A DNA stretch of 63,131 bases, filler included, from Octopus bimaculoides (Eukaryota), in NCBI RefSeq assembly GCF_001194135.2. It is 5 parts of 5 records of this genome, joined end to end, with 100 filler letters (N's around TTAATTAATTAA, not from the genome) between each part and the next. Parts side by side here need not be neighbours in the genome. Positions count along the whole stretch, not along the records: positions 44,425 to 60,721 come from NC_068986.1; positions 60,822 to 63,131 come from NC_068993.1; 3 more parts are not named here. One strand, given 5' to 3'. Shown here in pieces: positions 52,043 to 63,131 of this stretch; positions within the stretch are counted from its first letter, which is position 1; each line of letters starts with the position of its first letter. The notes beneath the pieces are model-generated. The model searched no databases. It worked only from the letters and a program-made list of their open reading frames with translations, and had not been told where the DNA came from. The position numbers and the translations under genes were made by a program.

Positions 52043-53097
52043 TGTACCATATTACGTAGTATAAACGAGTTATTCTATTCACGTGAGTCGATATTGCATA
52101 ATTCCCGAATATTCCAATGTACCAAGATGTTGAATTGATACACAAAGAGCAATCATGGGCGTGTGATCAAGGGGCTTGCTTTACAACCATGTGGCTTCGG
52201 TTTCAATCCCAATGCGTGGAAGGTACGACAAGTGTTCCGTAACCTTTGATAGACCATAGCCTTGGGAGTGAAACTGCGGAAGGCCGTCGTATATATTTGA
52301 GTTTGTAGTGTCAACCACACCGAAACGAAACTCTATGATGAGAAGCCGTTAGGCTTATGCTAATCAGAATGTGAACGTAATGGAAAGTTGCAAATTCTCA
52401 TATCTAAATAAAATTCACTGATCGACTATTTCAGCTCACTTTTCAAAACATATTTTTGAATTCAGGAAATAGTGAAAAGCTGGGAGCGGGATCGTCACCA
52501 GCAGCTCTAGATATGCTATTCATTTCATATAAAAACTAACCAATTAGTGATGAATAGGGAATGTTTTAAAACAAAGGCCGAACGTTTCAATAGCAGTAAT
52601 TTTATAGCGTTTAAGCAAACTTATCAATGAAGGAGATAAATGCTTTAAATCTATTCGTGCGTCATACCAAATAGGAACGATTAAATACCAAGTTATACAT
52701 AACTTGGGTAAAATCATCAACGGAAAATTAGCTGAGCAAGTTGATGTACATTAGTATCATTTTAAAATCTATCACCCACGTCACAAAATTTGAATTTACC
52801 GTGAATACATTCCAAGCGAAGTATTAGTAGCCGGAAATTTTGGCTCAAGGCAAGCACATTTTAGGGAGACCGAGTGCTTATTAAATCTTATTTAATTCAA
52901 TGGCCCCTAAAAAAGGAAAGGTAAAGTCATTTCGGCGAATTTTGAGCTCAGAACATAAGATATCGGAAGAAATCCTTCTAAGCATGTGTGTATGTGTGTG
53001 TGTGTGTGTGCGTTTGTGTGTGTGTATGTCTATGTGTGTGTTCATGTGTGTCTGTGTGAGTGTATGCATGTATGTATGAGGGAATGTATATAATATT

Positions 53098-53530
53098 CTT
53101 ATTTACTCTAGGAGCAAGGTCCGAAATTTTGGGAGAGGGGGCCAGTCTATTACATCGACCCCAGGACCCGACTGGTACTTAATTCATCAACCCCGAAAGG
53201 ATGAAAAGCAAAGTCAACCGTGGCGGAATTTGAACTCAGAACATAAAGACAGACGAAATACCGGTAAGCATTTCGCCAGGCGTGCTAACGTTTCTTGTTT
53301 CTTAATTGCCCACAAGGGGATAAACATAGAGGGGACGAACAAGGACAGACAAAGGGGTTAAGTCGATTACATCGAACCCTGTGCGTAACTGGTACTCAAT
53401 TTATCGACCACGAAGGGATGAAAGGCAAAGTTAACCTTGGGGGAATTTGAACTCAGAACGTAAAGACAGACGAAATACCGCTAAACATTTCGCCCGGCGT
53501 GCTAACGTTTCTGCCAGCTCGCTGCCTTAT
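53098..53530 (-). mobile_element. SINE B dimer
   Basis: B1 joined at 53295/53296 to a second unit lacking its first about 16 nt. Confidence 0.9.
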
Positions 53531-54834
53531 TTATATAATATTCTAACGGCTCAGTTTTAACCGCAGTTCCTAATCGTGAGCCAAGATAGGGCACCGATAT
53601 ATATGAACAGTCTTTTATTTGCGACAAGTAGACGAACACAGAGCTCTACTAAAATGAATACAACGAAACGATCTCAATGATGTAATACTTAATGATTAGT
53701 TACTAAGTTATCAAATATTCAATGAAAATAATACTAGTCAACTCCCCACAGGCAATACTTTTAATTCAAAATTTATTCTTTTTTCTCTAACATAAAGGTA
53801 GAAAATACACTTTGAGATTTATCAATTTTCTCAGCCAAGTCGTATCATTCAATTGTAATCTATCAAATTCTGTGCAGTTTCTCAATCACCTCCCACTGCG
53901 ACTCCTGACAAGTTTTCCTCCTGCTTCTCTTCTTCTCCACACTGTGTTTCCATGTTACGTCATTATTCATGTTTTCATTTCATTTTACTTCACAGTAATC
54001 TGCCACAAAATTTTCGACAATATATGTTTAAAATAGTTTTAACTTGGCCGTGTCCTACAAACAATAAAACTATTTAGAAATCTACTTTATTGTTTTACTA
54101 ATGAAATCAATTTTCAAATTTTCTCTCTCTCTCTTTTTTGTTCCTTTCTTACTATTTTGTTTACATATTATAACTTTTATGTTACGTTGTATAGAAGTTC
54201 TCCTTCTTTAATCTTCAATACAAATAAAACTCGTTGTTTACACTTAAATTTATACTTTCTAATGGCATTTCAAGAAATTGTTTCCTAAAATGTAGTCAGA
54301 AAATTGAATTGCTTGTCTTATGCAGCAATTGAAGAATTCTACGTAAAGACATGTTCTGCTTATAGTTTGGCTTAGCTTACATTTGTTTATATCAGCTTTG
54401 TCTAGATTAGATTATAACTTCCAATGTTAGTTCGTTTTATCAAGTTCTAACACGTTATACAAGATTTCAGTCAGAAAGACTCCACTTCCTCCAACTTGGA
54501 TACACCATCACAGAATTTTCGAAAAAGCTGTTGAACAATTGTTATAAGTAAATTCCATTAGAAAATCTTTGAGCTCGACGGAAAACTGAACAGAGTAGAG
54601 TATGAAAAAGCATGGTAGCCAAAAAGATGTTAATCCACGTTCGTATCGTACCCTAGTCACTGACTATTTTAGTCTCCCTTCGTCGATCATTTTTCATCAA
54701 CCACAGAAACCGGGAAAATAAATATTCCTAGTCTTAATTCTTCCCTTGCAGTTCGCTTGTACATTGAGCTGCATGATAACTTCAGCCCTCCCGATTTTGA
54801 GTACAATCCCCTGAATCTTCCCAGATGACCTTAA

Positions 54835-55170
54835 ATTACTTCAGATCTTAGAAAATGGCGCACCATGTTTTCTTGGATCTCCTTCTTTCCCCCTACCTTT
54901 CTGGTGGTAGCCATTGTATAACTGCCAGGGGTATTCTTCTTCTGACAGTAGAAAAACATAACATACAAGTTCTCTCTCTTCTTTTCATCAGTCCTTTTGC
55001 AAGTTGCGTAGATTATCTCCCCTTGGATCTTCAGAACTTCTGATTCCATTCTGGTAAGTGATCATGAGAATCATGCATCGATACAACTGCTGAACTGCAT
55101 TCAACATCTGAATAATCTTAGCAATCATTTTCCAAATTACTGCAAACACTACCGTTGGCAGAACAATGCC
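54835..55170 (-). mobile_element. RTE-like LINE 3' fragment, degraded
   Basis: Frame-shifted remnants RRIPLAVIQWLPP...KKTWCAIF*DLK resembling the RTE W.P..KR.RGRPKKTW motif. Confidence 0.5.
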
Positions 55171-55331
55171 ACAGTTACATTATTTACATTATTTACATTT
55201 GACGGATATTTATCCTCATCTTGTTTGTTGTTAACATAACGTTTCGGCTGATATACCCTGCAGCCTTCATCAGGTGACTTGGGAAAATTTCCAACCTGGG
55301 TTCTCATTCCTATGGCATTTTTCGATGTTGC

Positions 55332-55366
<35 letters not shown>

Positions 55367-55553
55367 CAACATCGAAAAATACCTTAGGAAGGAGAACTCA
55401 GGTTCGAACTTTCCTCAAGACACCTGATGAAGGCCGGAGGGTATATCAGCCAAAACGTTGTGTTAACAACAAACAAGATAGGCACAAGTATCCGTCGAAT
55501 GTAAATAATGTAAATAATGTACATAATTCCTCATCTCTTAAATATAGAACTGT
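55171..55553. mobile_element. Inverted pair of Penelope-like terminal repeats around (TAA)n
   Basis: 155-bp arms 55176-55330 and 55367-55521, about 85-88% identical by eye; ctgatgaagg...gccaaaacg signature. Confidence 0.75.
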
Positions 55554-55620
55554 AATGCCACAATTGATTAGAGATTCTCATGTAACTTTTCGACTAATGA
55601 TTAATTGAATAAAATGCATT

Positions 55621-56110
<490 letters not shown>

Positions 56111-56167
56111 GCTGCATCTTATTTTCGAATTTTATGTAAAAGACTCAGAATTTTTTATGGAACAGCT

Positions 56168-56470
56168 GTGAGGTTAGCGTAGTATGGTGGTTATTGCTTT
56201 GCGCTCATGAACGCAAGGTCATGTTGATGAATTCCCGTACAAAGTGATGCGTTGTATTGTTGAACGAAATATTTCATTTCTCGTTTTCTCTGCGATCACA
56301 TCGACATCTGACGAGTGACCTGGCTTCCACTTGTACAGGCAATGTCAATTTGTTGCAGCGAATGAACCAATGTGCAGCAGAAAAATTAATCACTATAAAC
56401 AAATCATCTGTGCAGGTATTTTTTAGCAAGAAACTGCAGAACCTTCATTTCTCGTTTACGTCAGGAAAGC
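56168..56470 (+). mobile_element. SINE family G, degraded
   Basis: Homologous to the reverse complement of 22410-22656. Confidence 0.6.
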
Positions 56471-56799
56471 CCATTATCTTGCAGCCATAGTAGTTGTATT
56501 AGTAGGATAAATAGTAATAATAGTATTAGTATTATGAATAGAAACAACAATTTCAAATGTTGTTTCTCTCCTTGTTATTTGTTTTCGTCAGTGGTTTTAA
56601 CTGATGGCTTAGCAACATTGACATGGAAGTGCATAAAAAGAGCTATTCTTTTCATGTATAATTATCTGTTCACCTTGTCGCACACTTCTTAATCAAATAG
56701 TTAATTAATTAATTATTTTTGTTTTTGCAAATTAATTATCTCAGGTGTATCAAGCGCAACCAATACACGCAAATTGGAGCGAGTGAGATAGAGATAGAA

Positions 56800-56843
<44 letters not shown>

Positions 56844-56863
56844 ATAGGTAGAGAGAGAGGAAC

Positions 56864-56920
<57 letters not shown>

Positions 56921-56974
56921 GGGAGGGAGAGAGAGAGTGGAGGAGATGGAGTAGAGATTGACTGTGGGAATAAA

Positions 56975-57600
56975 TATCTTTTTCTACAGTAGGCACAAGG
57001 CCCGAAATTTCTTGAGGAGAGAGCCAGACGATTATATCGACCCCGGAACGCCACTGGTACTTATTTTAATTACCTCGAAAGGAATTTGAACTCAGAACGC
57101 AAAGACAGACGAAATACCGCTAAGCATTTTACCCAGCATGCTAACATTTCTTATTTCTTTATTGCACACAAGAGGATGAACATAGAAGGGACAAACAAGG
57201 ACAGACTAAGGGATTAAGTTGATTACTCGACCCCAATGCGTAACTGGTACTTGTTTAATCGACCCCGAAAGAATGAAAGGAAAAGTCGACATCGGCGGAA
57301 TTTGAATTCAGAGCGTAGCGGCAGACAAAATACCGCTAAGCATTTCGCCCGGCATGCTAACGTTTCTTATTTCTTTATTGCCCACAAGGGGCTAAACATA
57401 GAAGGGACACACAAGGACAGACAAAGAGATTAAGTCGATTACATCGACCCCAGTGCGTAACTGGTACTTATCTAATCGACGCCGAAAGGATGAAAAGAAA
57501 AGTCGACCTCGGCGCAATTTGAACTCAGAACGTAGCGCCAGACGAAACACCGCTATGCATTTTCGCCCGGCGTGCCAACGTTTCTGCCAGCTCGGCGCCT
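56975..57600 (-). mobile_element. SINE B trimer
   Basis: Junctions at 57367/57368 and 57151/57152. Confidence 0.9.
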
Positions 57601-58062
57601 TGTGTGAATAAATATCACTAACAGAAAAATGTGTTGGAAACAGACAGAAGGTTGATAGAATATATATATAAGATGTATGTTTGCTTTTCAGCAAATATAT
57701 TGTTTTTGTTTGTATCCGTTCTACTTTGCTTTGATTAAGCAAAAGCAACGTTCAGAAATATTCTAGTTATGACCAATTCCTTTCCTATGGTATTGAACCT
57801 TTGAACTCTATTCACGAATGTCCCCTCCTTTTCCATGATATTAGAATATAATTTACGAGTGAATAATCTGTTTTTTTTTATCTAAAATACCAAAGAGCTA
57901 CGTAGGACATCGGTGTTAGGTATTTTCTTTGTCCTTCACCACTAGAAAATTTTAGATTCAGTTTTGCACACCCAAGTTAGAAGTGTATTACCACATAAGA
58001 AATAGAAAAGGTCAATTTCCTAATAACTGCTATTTAAAAAAAAATTAAATAAACAATTTAAG

Positions 58063-58548
58063 GTAGAGAACTGACAGAATCGTTATGAATTCTTAGCGGT
58101 GTTCTGCACGTCGCTACGTTCTAAGTTCAAATTCTGCCGAGGTCGACTTGCCTTTAATCACTTCAGGGTCAATAAATTAAGTACTAGTTAGGAACTGGGG
58201 TTGGTGTAATCGGCTATCACTCTCCCCAAAATTTGAGGCCTTGTTCCCATAGTAGATAGGATTATTTCGTCAGTCTTTATGCTCGGAGTCCAAATCCTGC
58301 AGTGATCGACTTTGCTTTACATCCATTCGTGATGGATAGAATAAGTATCAGTTGAACCTTGGAGTCGATGTAATCGAATTAGACATTCCCCAAATAGCTG
58401 GTGGACCTGTGCCTACACTTGAAACTAATATTTTCTGCACCTAATGAAGACAGCGATTGGCACAAGCTTAGCGGCATTTCGTCCTGCTTTATGTTCGGAG
58501 TTCAAATTCCACCGTGGTCGACTTTGGTTTTTATTCTTTCGAGGTCGA
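58063..58548 (+). mobile_element. Cluster of three degraded SINE B copies
   Basis: Three successive B-box/body segments in the same orientation. Confidence 0.75.
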
Positions 58549-59052
58549 TAAAAAAAAAAAAAAAAAAAAAAAAAAAANNNNNNNNNNNNNNNNNNNNNNN
58601 NNNNNNNNNNNNNNNNNNNNNNNNNNNNNNNNNNNNNNNNNNNNNNNNNNNNNNNNNNNNNNNNNNNNNNNNNNNNNNNNNNNNNNNNNNNNNNNNNNNN
58701 NNNNNNNNNNNNNNNNNNNNNNNNNNNNNNNNNNNNNNNNNNNNNNNNNNNNNNNNNNNNNNNNNNNNNNNNNNNNNNNNNNNNNNNNNNNNNNNNNNNN
58801 NNNNNNNNNNNNNNNNNNNNNNNNNNNNNNNNNNNNNNNNNNNNNNNNNNNNNNNNNNNNNNNNNNNNNNNNNNNNNNNNNNNNNNNNNNNNNNNNNNNN
58901 NNNNNNNNNNNNNNNNNNNNNNNNNNNNNNNNNNNNNNNNNNNNNNNNNNNNNNNNNNNNNNNNNNNNNNNNNNNNNNNNNNNNNNNNNNNNNNNNNNNN
59001 NNNNNNNNNNNNNNNNNNNNNNNNNNNNNNNNNNNNNNNNNNNNNNNNNNNN

Positions 59053-59103
<51 letters not shown>

Positions 59104-59229
59104 CACACACTGAAACCCGCAGATAAACGTACTCACAAACAATGCACTCACACATGTGTGCGATAGAATATCACAAATCTACCATAGTAATTGACAGCTG
59201 ATGATGGTTTGTTTATATCCCCTTAGCCT

Positions 59230-59505
59230 AATTGTTCAGAAAAAAGAGGCCCATGCTGCGGGCATCACCATGGCGCTACTTCAAGAGTTTTTCGGTGAAA
59301 GGATTATTTCGAAGGGACTTTGGTTACCAAGATCGTCTGAGTTAATACCGCCAGACTTTTTTCTCTGGGGAGCAAGTAAAGGATCGGTGTACACGATTCG
59401 CCCAATAAACATTACGGAGCTTAAACGAGGCAACCATAACCTTCACACGGTCCATACAATGTCAGACTCTCGAAGATGTATTTCAAAACATGTGTAGAAG
59501 AGTCA
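59230..59505 (+). mobile_element. Tc1/mariner-superfamily transposase fragment (maT-like C-terminal catalytic region)
   Basis: TMALLQEFFGERIISKGLWLPRSSELIPPDFFLWGASKGSVY matches the WPPRSPDLTPPDFFLWG motif. Confidence 0.8.
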
Positions 59506-60165
59506 GCTTCTGATCCAGAGAACAAGGTGTCATCATTCCACTTTTCTCGTCCTTTGTACGGCCACACCTCGAATACTGCTGCCCCCTGTGGTCTCTTCAT
59601 ACAAAACAAAACATCTCGAGGATTGAATCACCCCAGAGGACACTCACTAAACGAATTGAAGGCATGACTGATCTTGATTACTAGGACCGCCTTAAAGCCT
59701 TGAAGCTCTACTCTCACCAGCGCCACCGCGAGCTGTACATCATCTGTACGATGTGAAAAATATACCACCAGCATTGCCCAAACGACCTGAACGTTACTTT
59801 CAAGGTTCATCCAAGGCTGGGAAAACGAGCCATACGTCCCCTGCCCAATTCAAGATCACAACATATAGGTACACTGCGGCATAATTTGTTTTCCTTAACA
59901 GGCACTGCCCTGTTTAACATTGTCCCGAAATAGATAAAAGAGGAAATGGATCCTATCAGCTTTAAACGGAGTCTAGACAAATTTCTTCAAGGAATACCAG
60001 ACAAGCCACCCATACCTGAATGCAAGTCACTCAATAAGAACTCACTACTTGAATGGACGATAAACAAAACTTGACTGTAAAAGGGATTTAGAAAATCCTA
60101 TCAGGTGGTGCTATTAAGTTAGAAATGGCCTGGACAATCTTTAGTCCAAACATATCTAAGTTTAT
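59505..60165 (+). mobile_element. CR1-like LINE 3' end
   Basis: FVRPHLEYCCPLWS...IESPQRTLTKRI...DRLKALKLYS...FKRSLDKFLQGIPDKP with stops. Confidence 0.82.
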
Positions 60166-60678
60166 GTATTGAAAATGAAGGACGACACTTTCAACACTTC
60201 TTATAAATTTTTAAAGTCTTGTAAAGTCCAATGTACTCTTTTGTAGTCTTATATCATCTTATAAATATATATTTTGCAATAAAATAATTACTGCAGAGAT
60301 ACTTTTGTACACTGTGTAGAAAATATCTCAGGTAAGCATTCTACATATTAAATACACACACGGTAGAGGTTACTTATAGTTAGGTGATAAATTTTCGATA
60401 AATGTAAATCATCTCTGCAGTAATAATACAAATTACCCCTCTAGTAATTATTATTTCTAGGTCATTCATGAATTCATCATTTAGTTCTATCGGCGTGGTA
60501 TTTATATATATGTTCCAACCATTCGCGATCTTACTTGCTGTATACAGTGTGGCTAAACGAACGGGACTAGCGTCAGTTAATTACTGGGTGAAGAGGTGAA
60601 AACTTACTAAGTCATATTCTAGCTGATACCATGTTCATTCAACCTGCTTGTTTATCAGTATATATATATATAATATAT

Positions 60679-60721
<43 letters not shown>

Positions 60722-60821
60722 NNNNNNNNNNNNNNNNNNNNNNNNNNNNNNNNNNNNNNNNNNNNTTAATTAATTAANNNNNNNNNNNNNNNNNNNNNNN
60801 NNNNNNNNNNNNNNNNNNNNN
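60722..60821. other. Assembly gap with artificial six-frame-stop linker
   Basis: 44 N + TTAATTAATTAA + 44 N; identical constructs at 29327-29426, 37061-37160 and 44325-44424. Confidence 0.95.
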
Positions 60822-60863
60822 GTATTCTAATATATTATATTTTTTTCCTCCCTCTGCTACCAG

Positions 60864-61048
60864 GTGTGTTGGGAATTAAAGTGAAGATTATGTTACCATT
60901 TGATCCCAATGGCAAGATAGGACCTAAACGTCCTCTACCAGATCATGTTAGTATTGTTGAACCAAAAGAAGAAGTAATAGTACAGACCCCATACAGTGAA
61001 CATAAAGGAGTTAAACCACCTGCAGAAGCTCCCCCAGTTTCATCATAA
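60864..61048 (+). CDS. RPS3: 40S ribosomal protein S3, last coding exon
   Basis: Translates (G)[60 protein letters not shown], matching the RPS3 C-terminus (human [37 protein letters not shown]). Preceded by a pyrimidine tract and CAG acceptor (AG 60862-60863), phase 1. Confidence 0.97.
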
Positions 61049-61049
61049 A

Positions 61050-61144
61050 GTCAGTCTTGATTTCTTTCTTTAGTTTTATATCATTTGTATTTTCTGACAT
61101 TGATTACAATATTGTGACTGATGTGTATTTCTTGTCTCTTCCAG
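61050..61144 (+). other. RPS3: 95-nt intron in the RPS3 3' UTR
   Basis: GTCAGT donor 1 nt after the TAA; branch-like CTGAT, pyrimidine tract and CCAG acceptor ending at 61144. Confidence 0.78.
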
Positions 61145-61220
61145 GTGGGCTCCAAAAGCTGATTTTATGGATAAATAAACGATTTGGAAGAGTTTAAAAT
61201 GTCTTCTGTTGTTTGTGTGG
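61145..61220 (+). promoter_or_regulatory. RPS3: RPS3 non-coding terminal exon with polyadenylation signal
   Basis: AATAAA at 61174-61179 followed about 22 nt later by a GT-rich element (gtcttctgttgtttgtgtgg, 61201-61220). Confidence 0.72.
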
Positions 61221-62742
61221 CAATTCCATGTTGAACTTTTATTTTTTCCTCTTGGCTCTATATCGTATATTTTAAGAGTGGTACTTTTCCTATCGGTCTA
61301 TTATGCAGAACTACTAAGTTACAGGGATGGATACAAACCAACACTGGTTGTCAACCACATCTGCTGGCTTTCCACCTACCAAATTCACTGACAAGACTGG
61401 TTGACCAGGGGCTACAGTAGATAGTGGTCATGGTGTTTGAATGATTGGTGGGGCTATTGAAAGAAGAGCAGTTTTCAGTTCAGTTGTTTCTTATAAAATA
61501 GTGACATCCTTCAAACTTTGAAATGTGCATCAACCAAGAACTGCTGAAATAGCTTGCATGATTTCATGCACTGAGAATTTCAAATTGCACAATAGCATTA
61601 ATATTCCCTTGATCATTGTCAGTCCATGTGTCACCAGTGTTTGTTCTCTTAGAAACAATATTGGATCAACTACTGGAAATTTGGTTTCTTCATTCATTGT
61701 TTAGTGTGTTCTTTGTCTTAATTCCCTATTTCACTCCCTTGCTAATTTGCTGGCCTGCAAACTCTCTTCATCTTTTGACCATGGTTTCCTGATGCATTGC
61801 CAATACTAGGTTTTCACACTTCTTATGGTCGGTCACTAGATAATGACCGAAAGAGTACAATTTTTAATACAAGCAGCCAAAATGAGGTTCCTTTAAAGAA
61901 TCAGAGAGTCTTCAGGATGAGCCACTACTTCTAATAGAGATGGGAAACCTGGATGAATGGAAATATCAGCTGACTTTTCAAGGTTTTCATATTTGACTTG
62001 ATAAAACAAAAGCTTCATTGAAGCTATAATATTGAAATTCATGCAGGTCATGTCTAGTTTATCTTTGTTGTCTACCAGATAGCAATTGTATCCACATGAT
62101 ATGCACTTCTACCAGTTGCACATAAAAAGTACCCAGCTGTAGAAACCATGGCACAAGAGACAGTTGTAGTATGGACATTTTTCAGACTGTCCAATCCATG
62201 ACAATATGGAAAACAGACGTGATATCTTCCAGGATGCTTTTTAAATATAAAATCTTGAATTTATTTTCACTACCACATCTATCAACTTATTTAACGTCTG
62301 TTATCCATGCTGGTATGGGTTGGACAATTCTCCTAGCCAATCCCACTACAACCGTTCTCACTAAATGAATCCTTATATTATCCTGTTTTTTTTTTAATAT
62401 CCACTTCTATGTTTGAAGGGGTCAGAACTGTATGGTGGATTGTCGTTGGTTGGATGCCCTTTTATCAACTTTCACCCATTTCAGAGTAATGGCTAGTCAA
62501 CAATCTGTAGGGAGCATAAGACCAGACTTCTCTGCCCCATATATTCCTCCCTGGGCAGGATACCTATCCATTGTGTACTCTATAGTAGAAGCCACGCAAC
62601 AGGACTGAACCTGAAACCGTGTGATTGGAAAGCAAGCTTCTTACCTCACAGCCATGCCTGTGTTATGCAATTTTTTTTAATGAAATGTGTTTAGAGACTA
62701 AGATCTCATTTTTCAATAAAGCAGTGATATTGCTGCACACAT

Positions 62743-63023
62743 TTAACCCTTTCGTTACCATATTTCTAACCAAATTACACCCCTTATGTGTTTCAATTAA
62801 TTTCTAACATAATCATAAATTTAGGCTGGTTTCATTAAACAACTCTAACTTTTTTATTTATCAACATATTAATGTGATTTTTGGAAGATAAAATTAACGA
62901 AAGGCTCTCAACCAATTCTATACCAAAATTTTTGTCACAAAGTGACTTTAATTACAGGTAAATTCAACAAAATATAAAATTATTAAAATTTTTGTTCAAA
63001 CATCGCTACAGAAAATGGGTTAT
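62743..63023. mobile_element. piggyBac-like (TTAA) MITE, degraded
   Basis: Starts ttaaccctttcgttacc; degenerate inverted end gaaaatgggttat; AT-rich interior. Confidence 0.45.
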
Positions 63024-63131
63024 TAGCTAATATTCAATTGGGTATACAACAAAATATTATTATAGAAGAGTTGTGCACATTACTGTCTCTTTTGCCAGTA
63101 TAAAATTAAAATCCAGAGCAGTACCCAGTAT

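Noticed and set aside
56701-56712. TTAATTAATTAA without Ns as a leftover linker
   Set aside because: Compatible with a natural (TAAT)n run in AT-rich DNA; cannot be distinguished without reads.
61050-61144. Intronic U15-like snoRNA
   Set aside because: No RTGATGA C box and no U15 guide (AGAGGCATTTGTCTGA-like) seen.

Overview
AT-rich, gap-ridden, repeat-dominated animal genomic DNA. The SINE families and microsatellite density look like a coleoid cephalopod, probably Octopus; this is inferred from recall, not searched. Two gene pieces are supportable. (1) The last coding exon of ribosomal protein S3 (RPS3, + strand, 60864-61048), with an intron just after the stop, a non-coding last exon and an AATAAA. 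Its upstream exons were not found and probably lie in the adjacent gap. (2) A probable first coding exon on the - strand (34424-34070) encoding a signal peptide plus a helix spaced like a TGF-beta-family prodomain; no downstream exon was found. The rest is a transposon mosaic: at least four tRNA-derived SINE families (locally labelled A, B, C, G) that share modules, four distinct R4/Dong-like RLE retrotransposon fragments, CR1, RTE, L2-like, Tx1-like, Penelope-like and Gypsy remnants, mariner/Tc1 relics and MITEs, and a Helentron-type element. The best leads are the TGF-beta-like exon, SINE-B multimers with a recurring junction at AGAAAC, retroelement stacks in trinucleotide microsatellites, several fold-back hairpins and long inverted repeats, and a degenerate 69-bp tandem array. 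I cannot demonstrate a wholly new biological system from sequence alone. Four 100-bp gaps carry an artificial TTAATTAATTAA linker, and most long ORFs in the track are artefacts of Ns or microsatellites. Repeat boundaries are approximate (read by eye).
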